Virus record (IMG/VR): IMGVR_UViG_3300045988_070924
Coordinates: 32,001-96,000 of that record
Origin: a virus
Reading direction: 5' to 3' (one strand)
Length of the DNA: 64,000 nucleotides
Part shown: positions 40,209 to 48,160 of the stretch, one piece after another
Layout: the number at the start of each line of letters is the position of its first letter
Numbering within the stretch: the first letter of the stretch is position 1
Translations under genes and position numbers: made by a program
The notes under the pieces: model-generated
The model's input: the letters and a program-made list of their open reading frames with translations, nothing else
Told to the model about the DNA's origin: nothing
Databases searched by the model: none

Positions 40209-40776
40209 CATAATCTGTGTTTCTGTATTTCTGCAAATCCTCTTCAAATTTCTTAGTTTTAGAATACCCACAAGGGTTCATAAACTCAGGACAGAATCCT
40301 CTATACAGACATTCAGGAACACATTTGTCAGCTAATACTGGGTCTACCTCTCTGATAGCCTCTACTACTTGTTTCCATGCCTCTCTGGTTTCTTTAGAAG
40401 CACAAGAACACAGTCTCTTTCTTGATATATTTATAATAGCTTGAGCATTAGCTGTCATATCCATATCATTAAGAGCACCTTGAGGTAATTCATTTCTTGG
40501 AACAGGTAGTACTCTCCTATCTCCTCTTTGGCTATGGACAAACTTCTCACAGCCTTCATGGTGTCTTACAAGGTGAGTAGTAACCCACTGCATGATGTCC
40601 TTCCATGTCCAATCAAATTCTACTAGCCTAATTGGACTATGCTCAGCAAGGAGCATCTTTGCTTCCCAAGACTTTGAAGGCTCTTTGGCTAATGGTGCTT
40701 TACCAATAGTCCTTCTTGCAGCATTCAAAGCTCTCTTCCAACTTGTTACTTGGTCTAATCTAACAATTTCACTCAT
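40198..40776 (-). CDS. thyX: FAD-dependent thymidylate synthase (ThyX/Thy1)
   Basis: 'LVRHHEGCEKFVHSQRGDRR' fits the ThyX signature RHRx7-8S followed by SQR. Size and nucleotide-metabolism context fit. Confidence 0.7.
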   Translation of the reverse strand: MSEIVRLDQVTSWKRALNAARRTIGKAPLAKEPSKSWEAKMLLAEHSPIRLVEFDWTWKDIMQWVTTHLVRHHEGCEKFVHSQRGDRRVLPVPRNELPQGALNDMDMTANAQAIINISRKRLCSCASKETREAWKQVVEAIREVDPVLADKCVPECLYRGFCPEFMNPCGYSKTKKFEEDLQKYRNTDYEQE

Positions 40777-40856
40777 ATATAAACTTTGTTAAATCTGTTC
40801 ATTTGCCTCATTGAAGTAGAACATAGACTTAATTAATTCAAAGTTATCAATCATAA

Positions 40857-41132
40857 TTACACTTTTTCTAATGTGTATGAAAACCTTTCAGCATAGGTTT
40901 CTCCTGTATTCTCATGAATCCAAGTCTTGCCTGTAGAATATCCACAATAGCTCTTTTCATTGCCTTTATGGTAGTCTCTCCAAATATCTTTTTTACCTCT
41001 TAACTTATTTTCAATATAGTTTTTAGCTTCTTTTCTTGTTTTGAAAGTGGTAGCATTAATTACTACCTCTTCAGCCTCTAAGTCTCCTTTTCTATAAGTA
41101 GGTCTACAATGCCACTCTTTAACTGTATACAT
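40857..41132 (-). CDS. Hypothetical protein
   Basis: 91-aa ORF with ATG start. Confidence 0.3.
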   Translation of the reverse strand: MYTVKEWHCRPTYRKGDLEAEEVVINATTFKTRKEAKNYIENKLRGKKDIWRDYHKGNEKSYCGYSTGKTWIHENTGETYAERFSYTLEKV

Positions 41133-41155
41133 AATTTTATCTTTCCATTAATTAC

Positions 41156-41839
41156 TTAAACTTCCGGTTTATTCTCCTTAAACTCTATGTTACCATCTTC
41201 AACAATGATATAATACTTAGGCATCATATCATTGAACCATACCTTATCCCTATTCACAGGAACTTTCATCTGAGTATGTCCTACTACCTGCCTGTATCCA
41301 TCAATAGGATATTTCAGAAGGGATACAGGTCTAATCCAGATAGGACTCTGTGAAGGTGTATCTCCAAATGGATTGTACCCAGTAAGTTCATTGAAGTTGA
41401 ACTTATCAAGAGGAACATTCTCCCAAGTAATATCCTGAGGATGTGCTAATTGGGCTACCTCTTTGAGCCAATATGAAGACACTCCTGCATGAGAGAAGAT
41501 AATGTCATCATGAATATACACAGGTTTAAGCCAACCTTTATCCTTAGCTTCCTTAAGTACTTCTTCATAAATAAGTTGATTTTGCCATTTATAACCACTG
41601 CATCTTTCCTTGTTAAGATAGGAATGGTCATGATTTCCATAGAGAAGTTCTACCTTATCAGGGTGAGTAGCCTTCATTGCAAGTATCTTCTTGAAGTTAG
41701 CAACTTGCTCTGTTCCAGGAGTATTCTTATAATTGTCAAAGTAATCTCCAAGGAAGACTACTTTATCCCAATCCTCCTTGAGGACTACTTTCTCCCAGCC
41801 ATTGTGACCATGTATGTCACCTATAACCAATATTCTCAT
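41156..41839 (-). CDS. Calcineurin-like metallophosphoesterase
   Basis: Ordered motifs 'VIGDIHGH', 'FLGDYFD', 'YGNHD', 'FSHAG' and 'VVGHT'. Confidence 0.85.
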   Translation of the reverse strand: MRILVIGDIHGHNGWEKVVLKEDWDKVVFLGDYFDNYKNTPGTEQVANFKKILAMKATHPDKVELLYGNHDHSYLNKERCSGYKWQNQLIYEEVLKEAKDKGWLKPVYIHDDIIFSHAGVSSYWLKEVAQLAHPQDITWENVPLDKFNFNELTGYNPFGDTPSQSPIWIRPVSLLKYPIDGYRQVVGHTQMKVPVNRDKVWFNDMMPKYYIIVEDGNIEFKENKPEV

Positions 41840-41913
41840 TTCTTCTTAAAAACTTTGTTAAACAAAGAGGCAACATACATAGTGAGCATCTGATATGAAA
41901 TAAACTGTTGCCA

Positions 41914-42177
41914 TTACTCTTCTACCACTTCAAATTCATCCTCATACCAGCCATTGTCAGAAAGTGCCTTTACATCATCATAGACCTCATCCTGTGCAGC
42001 ATTGTAGAGGTCAGGAGTGTCATAATGCTCATTAAGTTTGACCCTTATAGTCTTATGATATGTGATGCTTACTGTAACATCTACAAAGACGTCCTTTTCT
42101 TTCCAGGGAGCTCTTGGGTCCTGGTCAGCTCCCAATGGGTATCCCCCATCACTTCTTATGCCATAAATTCTACTCAT
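41914..42177 (-). CDS. Hypothetical acidic protein
   Basis: 87-aa ORF overlapping the HNH gene end by 8 nt. Confidence 0.3.
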   Translation of the reverse strand: MSRIYGIRSDGGYPLGADQDPRAPWKEKDVFVDVTVSITYHKTIRVKLNEHYDTPDLYNAAQDEVYDDVKALSDNGWYEDEFEVVEE

Positions 42178-42745
42178 ATTTATATCTCCAAATAAATCCT
42201 CCAGCTTGCTTTGTCTGTACCCATTTATTCCTACTTTTCATAAAGAATCCCCCACAACAGCATCTTAATATATTCACATTGGGAATTTTTAATTGTCTTT
42301 CAGCTTCTCTTGCTGAAGACCATTCTTTTATGATATGTCCATTTAAATCATATTGAACAATGGGGATAGATTGAGACTCTGCAATTCTTTTTGGATGGTT
42401 TCCATAATTAGTGTTGTATTTATTATCACACCATTCTAAGTTATTTACACTATTATTTCTAGGATTTTCATCTATATGATTAATCTGAGGATAATTATTA
42501 GGGTTACTTAAAAAAGCTTTAGCAACAATCCTATGCAAGAGGTGTATTTTTATCCTACCCTCTTTAGAAAGAGTAATCCTTATGTATCCCTTCTTATCAG
42601 GGAAAGTTTTTAATATTTTTTCATTCTGGATTCTATATGTAGATAGACCTGGATTATACACTCTCCTACATACACTTTTAACCCTTCCTAAAGAGGATAC
42701 TTGATACAATCCTTCATAACCAATAACATCTTTCCAAATTTCCAT
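42170..42745 (-). CDS. Free-standing HNH homing endonuclease (NUMOD4 + HNH + helix-turn-helix-like tail)
   Basis: 'WKDVIGYEGLYQVSSLGRVKS' is NUMOD4-like. 'INHIDENPRNNSVNNLEW' is an HNH_3-type motif. ATG 42745 is preferred over the track's TTG 42769 because the promoter box lies at 42755-42762. Confidence 0.85.
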   Translation of the reverse strand: MEIWKDVIGYEGLYQVSSLGRVKSVCRRVYNPGLSTYRIQNEKILKTFPDKKGYIRITLSKEGRIKIHLLHRIVAKAFLSNPNNYPQINHIDENPRNNSVNNLEWCDNKYNTNYGNHPKRIAESQSIPIVQYDLNGHIIKEWSSAREAERQLKIPNVNILRCCCGGFFMKSRNKWVQTKQAGGFIWRYKYE

Positions 42746-42754
42746 TTTTTTTTG

Positions 42755-42786
42755 CAAATATAATAACAATATTTCACTTATGCAAA
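42755..42786 (-). promoter_or_regulatory. Consensus Bacteroidota promoter (TTTG-N20-TAtaTTTG) for the HNH gene
   Basis: On the minus strand, TAtaTTTG is at plus 42755-42762 and a full TTTG at plus 42783-42786, with the same 21-nt offset. ATG follows 10 nt downstream. Confidence 0.6.
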
Positions 42787-42803
42787 TGCTATAACAGAAA
42801 AAG

Positions 42804-42992
42804 TTACAAAGTTATATCTAAATTGTATTCACGGATGAGTCTTCTTGCAATGACACACTCAAGTTTCTGAGGTACAGATATATGCCTCCCTCCCTCACTT
42901 ACATAGATATGATGGTCCCCATTATGTCTACTGTAAGTATATCCATTCTTTCTAAGCATCCTTAGAAACTCTCTTGATGTCCACTGTTTCAT
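42804..42992 (-). CDS. hicA: HicA-like toxin (YcfA/HicA mRNA interferase family)
   Basis: 62 aa. 'SREFLRMLRKNGYTYSRHNGDHHIY....ISVP' matches the HicA pattern (L..L...G....R..GsH........vP). Has an ATGA overlap with the ligase gene. Confidence 0.6.
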   Translation of the reverse strand: MKQWTSREFLRMLRKNGYTYSRHNGDHHIYVSEGGRHISVPQKLECVIARRLIREYNLDITL

Positions 42993-43678
42993 GATTTCAT
43001 CACTTGACTATCTCTGTATTTTCTGAAATCAACTGTCTTGATTTTGGTTATAAGCCTTTCTCCATTCCTTCTCAGAAGTCCTGTAGTAGTCTTAAGAACA
43101 AGACCTTCAGCATCATAATCCTTATTCTCTGCAATAGTAGACTTGAAGCCTTTCTTGACATACTCAACTGCCTCAGGGATAGTCATATATCCTATAAGAG
43201 GGACTATTTTGATGTTGAGTTTATTTGCAATATCTTCAACAGCATCCCTTTGCAGCCACCATTTATCAACTTTAACATCAAAGAGGATAAAATCTACACC
43301 AGAGCTTATGTAGTTACCTCCTTTCTGAATCTTAGTTCCATATCCTTCACCATAGAGGGTAATAGATGTAGTACCTGTGATGTTAAATATCTCAAACCAA
43401 TTAACATTGTCAAATAGTTCTTCAAGCCTTCTGTATAAATGTTCAGGTATATTAGCCTCATCAGTTCTTCCTTTGAAATTAACATTTACCTCTCTTGTTC
43501 CATCATCATGGACATAGAAGTCAAGTTCTATTCTGATGTTGGTTCCATCAATCTTCTCAGTACACTCCCATTTATTGTCTTTTAGATACTCAAACTCTGG
43601 ATAAGTGAACTGGTCAAGAATGATAATGTTCTTATCATCTCTGAGAAATAGTGTCTGTATTTTCTGATATTTAGCCAT
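42989..43678 (-). CDS. ATP-dependent RNA (or minimal DNA) ligase, nucleotidyltransferase domain only
   Basis: Motif I 'EKIDGTN' (KxDGxN), motif III-like 'ITLYGEGYG', motif IV-like 'DFILFDV', motif V-like 'AEGLVLK...ITKIK'. The track start 43702 is TTG; the first ATG is at 43678. Confidence 0.7.
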   Translation of the reverse strand: MAKYQKIQTLFLRDDKNIIILDQFTYPEFEYLKDNKWECTEKIDGTNIRIELDFYVHDDGTREVNVNFKGRTDEANIPEHLYRRLEELFDNVNWFEIFNITGTTSITLYGEGYGTKIQKGGNYISSGVDFILFDVKVDKWWLQRDAVEDIANKLNIKIVPLIGYMTIPEAVEYVKKGFKSTIAENKDYDAEGLVLKTTTGLLRRNGERLITKIKTVDFRKYRDSQVMKS

Positions 43679-43952
43679 TGTTTTTTCCCTCCATCTTCTC
43701 AAGAAGTTCTGCTGCCTTAGTATTATACCATGCAGCTTTTCTTAAATCTTCCTGAGCTTTGCCTTTATTATTAAACCTAAACTGATATTTGAAAGCATTA
43801 AGCACACAGAAATGATATGTCCAGTCTATACCAAACAGTTTTTCCATAACATCAATACATTCCATGCCATGGACATTATAATGGTCTGGATGATTCACCA
43901 TATCTTTCTCTACCTTTTCTTCCTGATTCAATAGATATTTTCTAGTTTCCAT
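43671..43952 (-). CDS. DUF3310-family phage protein
   Basis: 'NHPDHYN..GMECIDVME...FCVLNAFKYQFRFNNKG...DLRKAAWY' follows the DUF3310 pattern (HY...E.I......gNa.KY..R...K...DL.KA..Y). Confidence 0.6.
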   Translation of the reverse strand: METRKYLLNQEEKVEKDMVNHPDHYNVHGMECIDVMEKLFGIDWTYHFCVLNAFKYQFRFNNKGKAQEDLRKAAWYNTKAAELLEKMEGKNNG

Positions 43953-43953
43953 A

Positions 43954-44262
43954 TTAAATCTGTCTTATTTCCATTCTGTCTTTTAAGGCTTCCTTAAATC
44001 GTGCCCAATACATTGAAGAGTTCCTCCAATAGTAGTCATTGCCTTCAGCTCTCCCCATAGTACTTATTACTCTCCACCTCATCTCATTATAAAAAGCAGT
44101 AACTGCCTGTTTCCTTGAGTTAAATATAAAACTTTTTGTATTTGAAGGAGATTTCCATACCTGACCATCTATGAGAATAATCCAACCATGAAGAACTTCT
44201 TCTATTGGCTTTGTATACTGGCAGATTATATTATTGATTATAGCATTACTTGTTTCACTCAT
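43954..44262 (-). CDS. Hypothetical protein
   Basis: 102-aa ORF with ATG start. Confidence 0.3.
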   Translation of the reverse strand: MSETSNAIINNIICQYTKPIEEVLHGWIILIDGQVWKSPSNTKSFIFNSRKQAVTAFYNEMRWRVISTMGRAEGNDYYWRNSSMYWARFKEALKDRMEIRQI

Positions 44263-44386
44263 TTTTTTTTTATTAAAAAAGCCTTACTACTGCACTCCTA
44301 TGGAATTACCCAATGGTCTGTCACCTGAAAGGTTCAGGGGCTCAGGTAAGGCTTAAAGGTACTACAGCCCCTTTTTCCCAAACATT
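44263..44386 (-). other. Structured 124-nt intergenic element ending in a terminator-like U-tract
   Basis: Read on the minus strand there are three stems. Stem A is AGGGGCT/AGCCCCT (plus 44366-44372/44336-44342). Stem B is AAGCCTTAC/GTAAGGCTT (plus 44346-44354/44279-44287), followed by T6. Hairpin C is 44324-44329/44333-44338. Stems A and B cross. Confidence 0.4.
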
Positions 44387-45137
44387 TTAATGTATCCAAT
44401 ATGTGTTTACCTCTGCATCTGCCGGAAGTTCAAGCTTTCTACAGAAGTATCCCCCTGCTTTAGCCATACAATCCTGCAATACTTTGGTCATTTCATCAGC
44501 AAGTTCCTCTGGAACTTCTATATTCCATTCATCATGTGCTGGAATACAGAGTTTGACTTTGAATACTAAGTCATGTTTAACAAGATAATCCCACAAGAAA
44601 CATGAGGCTGTCTTAAACATGACAGCTCCTGTACCTTGGCAGGGATAATTGATTGCCTGCTTTTCAGAAGCAGCTTTTCTTTTGAAGAAGTATTTGACAG
44701 GATGTACATAGGCATCTTCCAGAGTGACTACTGCTGTATAATGCTCTTCCTTCTGTCCTACCTTCTTTGTATAAGGATATTGCCCTGTAACCTGCTTTAT
44801 ATCAGTACATTCAGCAAACCTCTTGTAGAGTTCCTGCTTCACTACTTTTGGCAGATTCTTGGTTTCTTTACCCTTACACAGTCTATAATCAGACCAAAAG
44901 TCTGATGTAAACTTGGATTTAAGTTTCATCAAAAGGTCATAGTCATAGATATATGCCTTATGTTGGCTTATTGGGTTAAGGATGATAAAACCATTTTCCA
45001 TGACAAACTTTCTCTGTCTGTCCTGATATGCCTTCATACCCTTGAAACCTTTCATATAGCTGTCATATATCTTCTGAGCCTCTTGTATAGGCAGACCTTT
45101 ATTTGACCTGATAGTGTTGGCATCTCCACCATAATTT
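44387..45137 (-). CDS. polA: Family-A DNA polymerase, exon 2 (motif B second half to C-terminus)
   Basis: The frame of listed ORF 44387..45055 is open upstream to 'YGGDANTIRSNKGLPIQEAQKIYDSYMKGFKG'. Contains 'IPAHDEWNIEV' (motif C, HDE). The end '...EVNTYWIH' is typical of PolA C-termini. Confidence 0.75.
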
Positions 45138-45362
45138 CACTTTATTAACTTACAAGCTCTTTATCTTGTAATTCTTACATTTCTTTTTTTTTATGTAAGG
45201 TTGGACTATATCATCATCCTTTTAGGATGTTGGGCACTCGTGTTAGTATTATATTCTCTTTTAGAGTTTCAACTATTAGTCTCTGAACTTTCCAACTTTG
45301 TTAAAGGTTGGCTTAGCTGCTGATTAACATCTCAGTCTTCCAGCAATTCACCCAATTTTTAA

Positions 45363-45977
45363 CTATTTGTTACCAAATAGTGCCACAAATCTTTGATATT
45401 TATATTCTAATCTACTTGTATTTGTTGTATATAAATGAGCAAAAAGGATAGCTACAGAACTTTTCTTATAAATATTAACATCAAATGCTTTACCTTTAGG
45501 AGTTATAACACTTTCTATTTCATATTTTTCGAGAAAATTCTTTAGCCTATTTGCCCATATTTCTGAACCAGTTGTAAATTTAGCTTCATAATGAGTTCCA
45601 TTAAGTCTAACACTTCCATCTCCATCAAAATACCCATGTACTATATCCCAATCTAATTCTATATTTGGGTTGAGTGTGAGTGCTTTGACTTGAGGAATGT
45701 TAAAAGTTTCCATGAACCATTTAGTGACTGGTTTTGAATTATATATCACTTGATATATACCACTTGGTCTTTTATACATCTTAGCTTTGTCTCCTATAAA
45801 GTTTTTAAATCTAAGCATAATATTCTCATCCTTAGAAAATAAACTTATGGAGTAAGCTCTGTTATTATAAACTAAATGACCGTCAGCAAAGATATATCCT
45901 ATCCAATATTTTGCTTCAGGACTCATGCACTCAAATGGGTTTTCTTTGTTTTTAATGTAATTTTCAGTATTTCTCAT
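45363..45977 (-). CDS. LAGLIDADG homing endonuclease (double-motif)
   Basis: Two LAGLIDADG-type motifs, 'IGYIFADGHL' and 'HGYFDGDGSV', about 100 aa apart. The gene is visibly AT-richer than its flanks. Confidence 0.85.
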   Translation of the reverse strand: MRNTENYIKNKENPFECMSPEAKYWIGYIFADGHLVYNNRAYSISLFSKDENIMLRFKNFIGDKAKMYKRPSGIYQVIYNSKPVTKWFMETFNIPQVKALTLNPNIELDWDIVHGYFDGDGSVRLNGTHYEAKFTTGSEIWANRLKNFLEKYEIESVITPKGKAFDVNIYKKSSVAILFAHLYTTNTSRLEYKYQRFVALFGNK

Positions 45978-45993
45978 AACATTTAATTTATTG

Positions 45994-46024
45994 CAAAGTT
46001 ATAAAGATATACTGATGTATGCAA
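45994..46024 (-). promoter_or_regulatory. Bacteroidota-type promoter (TTG-N20-TAacTTTG) inside the intron, upstream of the LAGLIDADG ORF
   Basis: On the minus strand, TAacTTTG is at plus 45994-46001 and TTG at plus 46022-46024, with the same 21-nt offset. The box ends 17 nt upstream of ATG 45977. Confidence 0.55.
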
Positions 46025-46065
46025 CATATAAAGTAAATTAGTTATAAATATTGAACTTTTTGTTT

Positions 46066-47633
46066 ATGGCAAACTCAACACCCTTTGCCTCACTTCTCCA
46101 ATGCTTGAACTTGTGTTTGATTTCCTCAATAGGGCAATCTCCAATAATTTCTGGATATGCCATCTTTGCTACCAGAGAGTGAATGTCTCCACAACCATTG
46201 TTAAACAGGTTAAGCATAGCAGCATCATTGGTTATGTCTGCTATAATCCTTGACTCCTGTCCACTATAGTCACAGCTAATCCACTTCATTCCAGGACCAG
46301 ATATAAAACAAGCTCTGGTCTCAGGGTCAGCAGGGAAGTTCTGAAAGTTCAGATACTCAAGTCCTGCCTTCTTATCTTTTCCTCCAGAACTCAATCTTCC
46401 TGTATCAGTTCCTAACTGATTGAAGTTGGTATGAAGCCTTCCACTAGTCTCATTAATCTGCCTGAGTACATTCTCTCCATAGGTAGAAGTGACCTTTGTG
46501 GCAGCCTTATACTGAAGATACAGATAAGCCAAAGTAGACCTCTCTTTCTGAGGCTCTATCACTTTTGACTCAATACTATCCTTCATTTCACCAGTCTCAG
46601 GGTCTTGAACTAGTAGATTGAATCCAAGGAACTTGAAAAGTCTTATTACCTGCATAGGACTATTCCAGTTTATATTGCACTGAATAGCATTGTCCCAACC
46701 AGAGAACAGGTCTCCTTGAGGGTCATCAATGACAAAATCCTCAGGAACCTTAACTCCTATAGGAACTTTATATGCTTCATAATAGCCTCTCTTTACTCCT
46801 TTTATATCAGCCTCTGGTGCTCTTTCCCCTTCCATTTTAGACCTCATCTTATTAAGGTCATCTTCTGGGACACCTTCTATCTGAAGATAGTGATAGGAGT
46901 ACTCTTCCCCTTTATAAGAACTTATCACCCACTTATTGAGAGCATCTTCAAACACTTGGACATTCATTCTGTCCAAGTCCATCTTTCTCCTCCATCTTTC
47001 TCTACTAAGAAGCACTCCACAATACTCAGTATAGGCAAGCCAGATAACAGACTTATTCTCATAGATAAGAGCATTTGCCAGACCTTGTTTCTCAAGTTCT
47101 ATAGCCTGCTTCTCCATAATCATAGGCAGCCACTTTACATCATTTGCAGCATAGTCAATGACTGCATCTGAAAGTCCTGCCCACATAATCTGGCCTCTGA
47201 CTGTCTTGTCAAGTTCAACTCCACAATATCTCTTTCCTGCTGCCTTAAGACCCATAGAATGAATACCAGCAGGATAACCCAACCACATGAGTTTCTCTGC
47301 AAGGAATCCATCATAGACATTCTTAAGTACTATTCTCTGATGGAACAAGAACTTCAAGTCAAACTTTATATTCCATCCAATGAATAGCCTATCAGATTCA
47401 AGATAACTTTTATAGAGTCCAGGACTTACTGTGGTACAGTCTATGACTACTTGAAAATCATAACAGCCCAACTGAAGCATAAGGAGTTGTTTTGTATATG
47501 GGTCAAAGCCCATAGTCTCAGTATCAAGACCTACAACAGAGATAGTTTCAAGCAACTGTAGAGATTCCTCAACACTTATCCTTTTGTAAGTATCTGAGGG
47601 AGGTAATATCTGCTGTGATACAAGATATATCAT
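46066..47633 (-). CDS. polA: Family-A DNA polymerase, exon 1 (3'-5' exonuclease plus polymerase motifs A and first half of B)
   Basis: Exo I 'VGLDTET', Exo II 'GWNIKFDLKFL', Exo III 'YAANDVKWL'. Pol motif A 'ISCDYSGQESRI'. Motif B start 'RSEAKGVEFAIN'. The listed ORF then reads 7 unrelated codons into the insert ('KKFNIYN*'). Confidence 0.8.
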
Positions 47634-48124
47634 TTTGTATATGCAACTAAATCATCATAATCAAGTACATATCTGTACTTTCTAAGGAAGGTACCACCAA
47701 GAATACCATGCAATTGTATTCCTGTATCTTCCTTTAGGACCTCAAAGGAATCATGCAAGTCCAAAGGCATGAAATCCTCAGTAAAGCTCTGTTTCTTATA
47801 GTTCAGGGGAACTCTAATCCAACTGTTGTTACCTTCAATTGAACCATTTGCAGTAGTAACAGCAAGATTATCACCTTTAATTTCCTCTGTATCAGATAGA
47901 AAATCCTTAATATTAGAGTCTATATGAGATATATTACTTCCAGTATCAAGAAGGAAGTTAAATTCTTTCTCTCCATTCTTCAGGGTAACTATGGGAATAC
48001 CTACATCAGTCATAGTCTCCTTAAGAGGAAACCCTACCTTTTTAGATAGCCATAGGTTAAGTGCATCTCTACTGAATGCTGCTATTACTGCAACTAAGAA
48101 ACAAATTATTAAAGTCAATACCAT
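47630..48124 (-). CDS. Membrane-anchored retropepsin-like aspartic protease (putative)
   Basis: N-terminal hydrophobic segment 'MVLTLIICFLVAVIAAF'. 'FNFLLDTGSNISHI' has the D-T/S-G active-site triad in its usual hydrophobic context. 'GILGGTFLRKY' matches the retropepsin 'ILGxDFL' flap-distal motif. Confidence 0.55.
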   Translation of the reverse strand: MVLTLIICFLVAVIAAFSRDALNLWLSKKVGFPLKETMTDVGIPIVTLKNGEKEFNFLLDTGSNISHIDSNIKDFLSDTEEIKGDNLAVTTANGSIEGNNSWIRVPLNYKKQSFTEDFMPLDLHDSFEVLKEDTGIQLHGILGGTFLRKYRYVLDYDDLVAYTK

Positions 48125-48160
48125 TTTTTTTTTTCATTTTCTGTCCAACAATAGCACAGG

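Larger units (their letters stand above)
45138..46065 (-). mobile_element. Putative group I intron (~928 nt) with LAGLIDADG ORF, inserted in PolA motif B
   Basis: The boundaries were chosen so that the 5' exon ends in U (46066), the insert ends in G (45138), and joining gives ...GCC AU|A AAU UAU GGU = 'FAINYGG'. The non-coding parts (45138-45362 and 45978-46065) hold many short stems. The group I core was not verified. Confidence 0.5.

Noticed and set aside
40839-40846. A minus-strand TAacTTTG box about 63 nt upstream of thyX as another host-type promoter.
   Set aside because: It has no TTG at the -33 position used by all the other sites, and it lies unusually far from the start codon. It was left uncalled.
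44281-44352. A 72-nt segment closed by a 7-bp acceptor-like stem (gccttac...gtaaggc) that looked like a tRNA.
   Set aside because: On neither strand could I place a D-arm, a 5-bp anticodon stem with a 7-nt loop, or a T-arm with a TTC-type loop at the required distances. It is treated as part of the structured intergenic element instead. tRNAscan-SE or ARAGORN would settle it.
45363-45977. Inteins as the explanation for the LAGLIDADG ORFs in polA and the ATPase gene.
   Set aside because: The endonuclease ORFs are separated from both flanking exons by stop codons and non-coding RNA, and the exons are in different frames. There is no in-frame Cys/Ser...His-Asn splicing context.
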